28,255 bases of DNA, taken from IMG/VR virus record IMGVR_UViG_3300035392_000113, positions 1 to 28,255 of that record; one strand, written 5' to 3'. The stretch comes from a virus. Lineage: Duplodnaviria > Caudoviricetes. This document shows positions 1 to 7,140 of the stretch, in pieces. The notes beneath the pieces were generated by a model, which was given only the letters and a program-made list of their open reading frames with translations, made no database searches and was not told the DNA's origin. Position numbers and translations under genes: made by a program. How positions within the stretch are numbered: the first letter of the stretch is position 1; each line of letters begins with the position of its first letter.

Positions 1-798
1 ACTAATGCCATATTGCGTCATTAACGACTTCATTTCTTTCGTGGGTTCACCCATTCGTTGCATTACTGTCTTGAGTGAAGTTCCTGCATCAGACCCCGAA
101 GCAAACGCTGTAGCCGTTCCCGCAATAATGGTGTTAAAATCTCCTAATTCCATTCCCATCTGAGAAACCACCCCGCCCGCCGCCGATAATGCTAATTTAT
201 AATCATTTAGACTGAATTTAGTGGCTGTTGTTACCCCGACAATACCGTCAAAGGCTAATTGTAAATCATCGGCTTTTAACTTGAATAAATCCATCGAACT
301 CGTTGCAACTTCCGCCGCTAATCCAAAATTATTTCCTGTGGCATTAGCGAGAGCCACCGTACTCGCCGCTAACCCACCAAAGATTGCGTCTAAACTAGCC
401 CCGTTCCCCGCTAACATTTCAATCGCTTCCGCCGCCTGAGTTGTATTCACGACAAGATTAGGGTCAAGTGCTAAATCAAATATCAATTGTTTAAGTGGCA
501 TTACGTCATCTTTGGTTTTACCCATTTTAGCCGCAATAGACGCTAATTGAGCGTCTAAACTTACCGCCCCCGCTATTCCCGCCGTAAATGCCCCTGTCAT
601 CTCCCCAATACCCGTTGTAACGGCTGACGCAAGCGTTGTGACGGCTGAGGTCATTAAATTACCAATCAACACGTTAAACGCCCCGCCCATCGAGGCCGCA
701 CTAGAATCCGTAAAACTCTGAGCGTTTCGTAACCCCGCTTTTAACTGCTCATCATCAGCTATCAAATAAACAACAGCATCACCAAATGATATAGGCAT
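1..798 (-). CDS. Tail tape measure protein, N-terminal part (runs off the left edge)
   Basis: Not in the ORF track because it has no stop in the window. Manual translation from ATG at 798 (AAGGA upstream) is open to base 1: MPISFGDAVVYLIADDEQLKAGL...QAAEAIEMLAGNG...ATKFSLNDYKLALSAAGGVVSQMGMELGD...SGSDAGTSLKT, an Ala/Gly-rich TP901-type tape measure core downstream of the tail chaperones. Confidence 0.93.
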   Translation of the reverse strand, partial: MPISFGDAVVYLIADDEQLKAGLRNAQSFTDSSAASMGGAFNVLIGNLMTSAVTTLASAVTTGIGEMTGAFTAGIAGAVSLDAQLASIAAKMGKTKDDVMPLKQLIFDLALDPNLVVNTTQAAEAIEMLAGNGASLDAIFGGLAASTVALANATGNNFGLAAEVATSSMDLFKLKADDLQLAFDGIVGVTTATKFSLNDYKLALSAAGGVVSQMGMELGDFNTIIAGTATAFASGSDAGTSLKTVMQRMGEPTKEMKSLMTQYGIS

Positions 799-840
799 TT
801 GTAACATCCTTAAAATATACCATTTTCATCATTTACCCTA

Positions 841-869
841 TTGACAAATAATGATAACTATGGTATAAT
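841..869 (+). promoter_or_regulatory. Consensus sigma70-type promoter for the 919-1188 gene
   Basis: TTGACA (841-846), 17 bp, TATAAT (864-869) with a TG extension. Confidence 0.9.
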
Positions 870-918
870 GTATACATCAAAGTAAATCAATTAACTCATT
901 CAACAAGGAAAAACACTT

Positions 919-1188
919 ATGAAACTCTCTAAAAAATACGCTAAATTTCTTTCTGAATTACTCAAGGCTTACGACTCCAACGAGCCAATGAATTTCATTC
1001 AAATGAACCAAACCTCAATCAGTACCAAAAAAGAGATTGATGAATTGAGTAAATTAGGGTTAGTGAGAGTAAACGCTTACCGCACAGGATTTAGAATTGG
1101 GGTTTCAGGGTGGCAATATCTTTACGAGAACAAATTAGTTGAGTATGACAAAATGCCACAAACGGCAAAAGATAAAATTAACCAATAA
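919..1188 (+). CDS. Hypothetical protein (moron-like insert, possibly winged helix)
   Basis: 89-aa ORF with AAGGA RBS, own promoter and own terminator, antisense to the tail operon. Confidence 0.8.
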   Translation: MKLSKKYAKFLSELLKAYDSNEPMNFIQMNQTSISTKKEIDELSKLGLVRVNAYRTGFRIGVSGWQYLYENKLVEYDKMPQTAKDKINQ

Positions 1189-1204
1189 CTTGAGTGAGAT
1201 AAAC

Positions 1205-1243
1205 ACAAAAACCCTACCCTGTAATTTAGGGTAGGGTTTTTGT
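1205..1243. terminator. Bidirectional intrinsic terminator
   Basis: ACAAAAACCCTACCCT-gtaattt-AGGGTAGGGTTTTTGT inverted repeat with A/T tracts between convergent genes. Confidence 0.85.
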
Positions 1244-1545
1244 TATACACCGAAGGCAGCCCACGATTCATCATCATTTACGGCATTTTCGTCAATATCG
1301 GACGGGGTTGAGGTATCATTTTTCTTTCCGCCCATTAGTTCACCTAATAGATTGATAGTGAGCGTTGCTTGTTGTTTCATTTCCCACAATGTTCTACGTT
1401 GGTACGCTTGAGTGAGTTCGATTTGAGCGATTAAACTGAGATTGTCCCATTGCTCAAAAGACAAACCCATCGCTAAACTTAACTCAAAAAAATCTATGTC
1501 GTGGCGAAGCCACTCTTCGCCAACGACAGCAACTTTCCGAAAGGG
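1243..1545 (-). CDS. Tail assembly chaperone extension (gpGT-like, reached by -1 frameshift)
   Basis: The -1 frame is open from the slippery heptamer CCCTTTC (1545-1539) through the 1243-1470 ORF; lies between chaperone and tape measure. Confidence 0.75.
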   Translation of the reverse strand, partial: PFRKVAVVGEEWLRHDIDFFELSLAMGLSFEQWDNLSLIAQIELTQAYQRRTLWEMKQQATLTINLLGELMGGKKNDTSTPSDIDENAVNDDESWAAFGV

Positions 1546-1895
1546 TACGATTTACGGGCGCAAATAATGAACGCATCCGTTAATTCCTCATCGTTACTTT
1601 CTTCCATCAATCTTTCACGGTCTGCATTTATTTCAGGACTGTATTCAAATAGCAATTCCCGAATAATTTCAGGGGCTTTCGTTGCCATATTGAAAACTTC
1701 CTCAAAAATCTTTGTGGTATTATCTACCTTAACGGGGGGTGTTTCTCCCTCTTGAATAACTTCACTCTCATCTGTTTTACCCACATTGGTAATATCGGTT
1801 AAAGTTTGACGTACTTTCTCACGCCATTTATCCGCCTTATTGGGTGATAAACTTTTTATTTCAAACGTTTTTCCTGCAAGAATTATTTGGGTCAT
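1494..1895 (-). CDS. Tail assembly chaperone (gpG-like)
   Basis: Directly after tail tube; likely start MTQIILAGK at 1895 overlapping the tube gene stop (ATGA). Confidence 0.8.
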   Translation of the reverse strand: MTQIILAGKTFEIKSLSPNKADKWREKVRQTLTDITNVGKTDESEVIQEGETPPVKVDNTTKIFEEVFNMATKAPEIIRELLFEYSPEINADRERLMEESNDEELTDAFIICARKSYPFGKLLSLAKSGFATT

Positions 1896-2488
1896 GACAA
1901 TACGTCCTTCGTGTTCCGCCACATACGGAATAGTTGTTTACCTTCGGGTTGTTCTAAGTCAAAAAGTCCTTTAATTTCAAGGGCGATACCGATTTGTTCG
2001 TCTCGCTTTAACATTAACTCAGAACCGTTCAGAGCCATACCTTTGAAACAAATACGGGCAGGACGGCGAGTGCCTCTGTCATTCCAACCCGCCTCAATGC
2101 CCCACAAATAATCTTGAGTAGCACTTGACCCGCCCCCTTCCAATAATTCATAGCCTGGAACGGTGGTGGTGGGGTCAACGTCCAAATAGCGACCACCCCA
2201 CACGAGTTGTAAATTTTTAAGAGTGAATGAGTTGAGTTTTGTGCTAACAGTTAATTTTTGATTAACAATCTCAAAACCCACTTCGGCCATTGCACGGTCA
2301 TCTAATTTTTCTTTGAGAGTATTTTCTAACTTCACTGAAATACCACCCTCAGTCCCTCCAGGACTCTCCCAACCGTCAGGCCACATTCCCCCATAAGGCA
2401 AAGCAGGGGTCGGGTAAGCTGTTCCAGGTTGTGCAAGATATATTACACCGTGCGTTAAAGTAATTGTATATGGTTGTATCTTAGCCAT
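1892..2488 (-). CDS. Major tail (tube) protein
   Basis: 198 aa, W..PGGTEGGI pattern typical of siphovirus tubes, GGGAGA RBS, position before the chaperones. Confidence 0.85.
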   Translation of the reverse strand: MAKIQPYTITLTHGVIYLAQPGTAYPTPALPYGGMWPDGWESPGGTEGGISVKLENTLKEKLDDRAMAEVGFEIVNQKLTVSTKLNSFTLKNLQLVWGGRYLDVDPTTTVPGYELLEGGGSSATQDYLWGIEAGWNDRGTRRPARICFKGMALNGSELMLKRDEQIGIALEIKGLFDLEQPEGKQLFRMWRNTKDVLS

Positions 2489-2503
2489 TTTGTAATATCT
2501 CCC

Positions 2504-2833
2504 TTAACTGTAATACACCCCGATAGATAATCCTGTCGCATTTGTTGCGTCAAACCACATATACTGAGAGCCGATTTGATTATAATTCGTACTCAACCCC
2601 CCTAAAATAATACGGTCTGAGGCGGGAACTGTCACAACTTTGTCAGCCACTTCATTACCGTCAACTTTACCAGGATGGATTATCGTTACATCTTTCGCCA
2701 CAGTAGTTTGATTGTCTAACTCAACTAACACCGCCCCATTATTAGGGACACTAACCCCGTCAACAGTGAAAGTACTTAATACGGGTTTTAAGCCATTCGG
2801 GTCAATAAATTGCAAATTCAACACACTTCTCAT
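2504..2833 (-). CDS. Putative virion structural protein
   Basis: 109 aa, beta-rich, AAGGAG RBS, within the tail module. Confidence 0.65.
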   Translation of the reverse strand: MRSVLNLQFIDPNGLKPVLSTFTVDGVSVPNNGAVLVELDNQTTVAKDVTIIHPGKVDGNEVADKVVTVPASDRIILGGLSTNYNQIGSQYMWFDATNATGLSIGVYYS

Positions 2834-2836
2834 AAT

Positions 2837-3616
2837 TTAATCTCCTTTAACAAATAAGCCTGCAATGTTTTTACTAGATGGCCGATGGGGTTTACCCACC
2901 GCTTTACTCTTATGATGTATCGCCCAACAGTCCCAATTCACAAAACAGGTTTCTAAACCGTGTTGGGCGAATATGAGTTCTGTGTTACGACTCCATACAA
3001 CATCTTCGGTGGACGATTTAACCGTTTGGGTATTGTCAGTCCACTCATAATAGAAATAGGGTGGCGTGAGTTTGATGATACGCCCATCTTTAAGGGTGAA
3101 CCCTGTAAAAATTCTCATATCAATCGCCACTAATCCTGTTGCTAAAGCCGCTACAGGCTGTATCCCCACTAAATCTATCGATTCCTCTCGCTCATATTTC
3201 TTGAGTTGATAATTGGGATTGGGGTCGTTTGTCTGCATTGCCCCCCAACGAAAAACCATTACTTCCTCTAAAGGCGGTGCGCTACAATATGGGACGGCAA
3301 TTACTGTCGGGGCTTCGTCCCACCGTTCTAACATAAAATTCAGTGAACTTTCCCAAAATGTTACTTTTGGGTTAATGATGTCAGCCCCCATATCATCATC
3401 AGTCATAATTAAAATATCGATACCGTTCTGAATTGCCGTCTGTACCGCCCGATTACGACTCATAGTAATCGGGGTGTCAGCAATGTAATAACTCCCTAAC
3501 GACGCTATCCTTCGGTCATTAGCACAAACTAACTCCATTTCAGCCGCCCACCGACTTACGTCAGGATGGTCGCCTTTCATTGGAAAATGAGCCTTCATTA
3601 CTTTTAATTTATTCAT
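2837..3616 (-). CDS. GT-A fold (GT2-like) glycosyltransferase
   Basis: ITMSRNRAV...ILIMTDDDM (RN and DxD motifs), TGLVAID, TEDVVWS (catalytic ED), C-terminal AIHHK. ATG at 3616 (the track start 3625 is TTG). Confidence 0.8.
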   Translation of the reverse strand: MNKLKVMKAHFPMKGDHPDVSRWAAEMELVCANDRRIASLGSYYIADTPITMSRNRAVQTAIQNGIDILIMTDDDMGADIINPKVTFWESSLNFMLERWDEAPTVIAVPYCSAPPLEEVMVFRWGAMQTNDPNPNYQLKKYEREESIDLVGIQPVAALATGLVAIDMRIFTGFTLKDGRIIKLTPPYFYYEWTDNTQTVKSSTEDVVWSRNTELIFAQHGLETCFVNWDCWAIHHKSKAVGKPHRPSSKNIAGLFVKGD

Positions 3617-3980
3617 TGTTCTCAAAAATGATAGTGTAATATGCTAAAGCATAGTGCCACAATAGGTTATTATTAGTTTCGGTTCGTTGAATTGAGGGTT
3701 GTTCTAAACGAGCGGATAGAAACGCTTTGTCCTCATTGTTGAGGATGTCCGCTAAAAGAATATCAGCGTCAATGATATGAGTGAGTGAACTCCCATAAAT
3801 CTTGAATTGGCATTTAACGGTGAGGGTGGTTGAACTATCATTTTGTTTCCCCCCTCGTGTCTCAAAAGTGATAGCAACCCCATCGGTAGGTTTGTAATCT
3901 TTAGGTAAACTGTCAGTAGCGTAAACATTATTGAATTGAGTGAGTAAAAAATCTCGTAATTTCTTGCGCCAATTTACCAT
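3609..3980 (-). CDS. Tail terminator / tail completion protein
   Basis: 123 aa; VY..SLP, RGG and QFKIYG pattern; position after the neck gene. Confidence 0.7.
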   Translation of the reverse strand: MVNWRKKLRDFLLTQFNNVYATDSLPKDYKPTDGVAITFETRGGKQNDSSTTLTVKCQFKIYGSSLTHIIDADILLADILNNEDKAFLSARLEQPSIQRTETNNNLLWHYALAYYTIIFENNE

Positions 3981-4366
3981 TGTTCAACCACTTTTCCTAA
4001 AAACTGTTCACCCATCTCAAGTGCGCTGTATAAGAAATGGTCAGCTATCTCATTGTGAGCCGTGTAATCCGCCGCAATACCCACTAAAGCGTCATTCCCC
4101 TCTAAATCCGCCATACCGTTCACCCGATGAAATGACATATAACCCGTTTTAGATGACCGATAAAACCCCGATGGGGTGACTGACCCGTAAGTGTTTGTTT
4201 CTTGAGTGACTATATAAATTGTCTCTCGCATAACCCCACTATCAATTCGACCCACCGATTCAATGTTTTGACGAGTTTGTTCAGCAATCGCCTGCGCCAA
4301 TCCCCCAATGTTGAGGGCTTTATGGGCTTTTTGGATAACACCGTCAATATTGAATTTATTGCCCAT
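3974..4366 (-). CDS. Neck / tail completion protein (HK97 gp10-like)
   Basis: IDSGVMRETI (D[ST]G.L..SI-like), ADYTAHNE, FLYSALE motifs. Confidence 0.75.
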   Translation of the reverse strand: MGNKFNIDGVIQKAHKALNIGGLAQAIAEQTRQNIESVGRIDSGVMRETIYIVTQETNTYGSVTPSGFYRSSKTGYMSFHRVNGMADLEGNDALVGIAADYTAHNEIADHFLYSALEMGEQFLGKVVEQW

Positions 4367-5135
4367 ACGGTTTTCCTCTTAAGTAAGGGGCGTAATAAGG
4401 GATAGTGTTAGGTAGGGTTCTTTGTGGTACATTTAACGTAAACAATGACAAATTTGGTGCTGTACGCGGGTCAGGTGTAAAATTTACAAGTTTAGTATAA
4501 CGATGCTCGTCCCATCGTTTAGCGTTACTCATAATTATCTGATTTGGCGATGTACTATAGCCAATAAGCGTGTTATCGGATATGTAATTTGATGTCGCAT
4601 ACGCTGTATTAGTGTCATCATTGCCGTCAACCCATGACGCACCATCTAATGCAATCGCCACCCTACCCGTTGAAGATGTTGAACGCACGTAAGTCACATA
4701 AAGATGATACCATTTATTCAAAGATAACGCGGTATTTATTGTAGCAGTAGTTGGGTTAATCGAATTTGATTTGTTAAGCGATGCGACAATAGCTGATGAA
4801 GTGATATAAAAATAAAAATAAGCAGGATTGGGGGTTATCCAATAGAGGTAATTCAAATAATAAGTTCCAATTATAGGAGTTATCAAATATATCCAACACT
4901 CAAAAGAGAATCCAGGGTCAGATGTCACGCCAAAGATTCGTAAATCCCAATCACAATATCCATCGTTGTTAATTAACCCTCTGTTATTTAATTTAATACC
5001 TTGATTGGTATAAGTCATTTCACCCGTAAAAGGGTGAAAATCAGTCGTGTACCAAACGGGAAGGATTTCATTGGGTTTAATAGAGCGAGGCATATTTTTT
5101 CCAAAATCCAATTCCCATAACAATGAGTAAGCCAT
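4356..5135 (-). CDS. LamG / concanavalin A-like domain protein
   Basis: FSFECWIY, LSLNKWYHLYVTY, IALDG pattern of Laminin_G_3 domains; likely start MAYSLLW at 5135 overlapping the upstream stop. Confidence 0.75.
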   Translation of the reverse strand: MAYSLLWELDFGKNMPRSIKPNEILPVWYTTDFHPFTGEMTYTNQGIKLNNRGLINNDGYCDWDLRIFGVTSDPGFSFECWIYLITPIIGTYYLNYLYWITPNPAYFYFYITSSAIVASLNKSNSINPTTATINTALSLNKWYHLYVTYVRSTSSTGRVAIALDGASWVDGNDDTNTAYATSNYISDNTLIGYSTSPNQIIMSNAKRWDEHRYTKLVNFTPDPRTAPNLSLFTLNVPQRTLPNTIPYYAPYLRGKPYGQ

Positions 5136-5635
5136 TATACGTACACTCCCCATCGGGGTATCATCGTAATTATGTGGTCGGCGGCGGTGGTACTAAAGGC
5201 TTGATTCGTACCATTATAAACAACAGGCTGAACGTAACGCGCTATGGGGTAAATAGGCAATGTAATATAAAGCGTAGTTGTTACGGCATCACAAGCAATA
5301 AAGCCCAACTGAGTGAATTGAGGGGATTTTGCTAATAATGTAGCCCCTGCAATTGAGGTAGCGACCTCAGTATAACCGCCACTTCCCGTCCCTGTTAAGG
5401 CATTAGCCCATACTAAATAGAGATTAACAAAAGTTCCTGCGTTTGGGGCAACGGCGAATTTCCACGTAAAATGAAGTGCCATCTCACGAGGATAGCCCCC
5501 ATTACTCCACAAATCGGCTCTTGCTCCAATACAGGCGGTGGCAGCCGCTAATGACGTTAAGTTCGCCATTCCATACGTACCGCCTGACGGTTTCCACGTT
5601 ACGTTAGTCCCTTCTACGATTACCTCTTTACTCAT
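5135..5635 (-). CDS. Putative virion structural protein
   Basis: 166 aa, Thr/Ala/Gly-rich beta-type composition, GGAGG RBS, coupled to neighbours. Confidence 0.7.
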   Translation of the reverse strand: MSKEVIVEGTNVTWKPSGGTYGMANLTSLAAATACIGARADLWSNGGYPREMALHFTWKFAVAPNAGTFVNLYLVWANALTGTGSGGYTEVATSIAGATLLAKSPQFTQLGFIACDAVTTTLYITLPIYPIARYVQPVVYNGTNQAFSTTAADHIITMIPRWGVYV

Positions 5636-6090
5636 ACTATTTCCTCCCCCGTTACTAGTTGCTGTCTTGCAAAAATAATATCCATCTCAGATACCGCCCC
5701 AATACCCTCAACATCTAACACACTGCGCCTATTCATCTTGAGTGCCGTCAGCCCCGCCTTGTGAGCGTCAGTCAAAAAGGGGAAATAAACCATCATAACC
5801 AATAGCCCGTTAAAGGTGCTTAACGCTACATTACCCCATATTGCATTTCTGAAATTCTTTATTTCAAATAATACGGCTTTAAGTTGTTCAGGGGTGGCTT
5901 CATTTTGATACATCATTTCTACAGGATAGTTAAGAAAATTGGTACTTAAAAATCTATCAATCTCATTAACGGGAATATCGCCCTCTTGAGTTAAGGCGGT
6001 TAATTGAGTGACTAACTCTATGGGTGGTATATCGTTATACTCAGGATGTGCTAATAAAAAATCTGCTAATTTTTGAATCGTGGGTGTCAT
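5632..6090 (-). CDS. Hypothetical protein
   Basis: 152-aa ORF with 4-bp overlaps to both neighbours. Confidence 0.75.
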   Translation of the reverse strand: MTPTIQKLADFLLAHPEYNDIPPIELVTQLTALTQEGDIPVNEIDRFLSTNFLNYPVEMMYQNEATPEQLKAVLFEIKNFRNAIWGNVALSTFNGLLVMMVYFPFLTDAHKAGLTALKMNRRSVLDVEGIGAVSEMDIIFARQQLVTGEEIV

Positions 6091-6467
6091 TTTGTTACCT
6101 TAATTACTTGAATTACAATACCTGTCGACCCCTTGATGGGAGTTCCTGAAATGTTAAATAAAATGGGGTCAATCGGTTGTCCATAACGATGAGTTAATAA
6201 AATTTGGTCTAACCCTGAAATTTCAGTATCAATAGATAATCGGATTTCGGCACTCATTGTTGATACTTCGGTGTTACCCATAGTTTCGCCCACCGATTTA
6301 GGCTTAAAGCCACAGGCAACACCTACTATATCGGCAAACCCGTCCTCTTTATAACCGTAATTATCCTGTATGCCGTGTGTGTATTTTTTAATCGTAACAG
6401 TATCGTGGAGAGATGTCTGTTGAATGGAACGCAGTGCGGCTAAATCGGTGTCGGACAATATGGGCAT
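6087..6467 (-). CDS. Head closure (stopper) protein
   Basis: 126 aa; DTVTI...DNYG...VACGF...IRLSIDTEI...DQI pattern and position after the adaptor. Confidence 0.75.
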   Translation of the reverse strand: MPILSDTDLAALRSIQQTSLHDTVTIKKYTHGIQDNYGYKEDGFADIVGVACGFKPKSVGETMGNTEVSTMSAEIRLSIDTEISGLDQILLTHRYGQPIDPILFNISGTPIKGSTGIVIQVIKVTK

Positions 6468-6479
6468 TTTAGGAGAGGT

Positions 6480-6794
6480 CTAGTTCGTAATAATAACTTG
6501 ATAGTCTTTAACGGTTACTTTAGGGATTGATTTAACAATATGTCCTTTAGCTTTACTGAGACAACTTGTCCGTTGCTCTAAATATTGTTTATGTAATTGA
6601 CTTTTGTTAAATGTTCCCCCATCGGCACTAAAATCAAAGGCCATCACAGTAGCGGCTTTTTCAAGCCAAATGTCGGCAGCAACAGCATAAACATCATTGT
6701 TATTTTCCGTTAAGAGTTCAGTTAAAATCTCATCGGTGTAAATTTCTGATGATTGCTCATTGACTAATCGCCTTAATTTGGCAAGGTTACTCAT
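6480..6794 (-). CDS. Head-tail adaptor protein
   Basis: LRRLVNE...YTDEIL...DVYAVAADIW..KAA...DFSADGGTF.KSQL; size and position fit adaptors. Confidence 0.8.
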   Translation of the reverse strand: MSNLAKLRRLVNEQSSEIYTDEILTELLTENNNDVYAVAADIWLEKAATVMAFDFSADGGTFNKSQLHKQYLEQRTSCLSKAKGHIVKSIPKVTVKDYQVIITN

Positions 6795-7081
6795 TCAGCC
6801 GCCTTACGTCCACGTTTTTTCTTTTGAGGAATTTCTTCGTTATCAATTTCAAATTCCAATTCCAACGGCTCACTCTCAATTACATCATCATCAATTACAG
6901 GAGGTGTTGTAATTTCTTGAATACGGACGGTTTTAGATTGTGTCGTTAACACAATAGAGTCAGGATATTGCTCTAATACCCGTTTATACGTGGACTCTGT
7001 GATATTTAACACATTCCCATTTCGGCGTAATTTGTTATTTATCATTATCGGGGTTTCATTAACCACACGAATTTGTACCAT
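6791..7081 (-). CDS. Hypothetical protein following the capsid gene
   Basis: 96 aa, acidic stretch then basic tail KKKRGRKAAE. Confidence 0.7.
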   Translation of the reverse strand: MVQIRVVNETPIMINNKLRRNGNVLNITESTYKRVLEQYPDSIVLTTQSKTVRIQEITTPPVIDDDVIESEPLELEFEIDNEEIPQKKKRGRKAAE

Positions 7082-7098
7082 TTTGTTACCTTTCCCTC

Positions 7099-7135
7099 TG
7101 AGAGTGAGGTAATGTTAATCATTACCTCACTCTCA
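7099..7135. repeat. Perfect 16-bp inverted repeat just after the capsid stop
   Basis: TGAGAGTGAGGTAATG-ttaat-CATTACCTCACTCTCA; no U-tract. Confidence 0.85.
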
Positions 7136-7140
7136 ATTAA

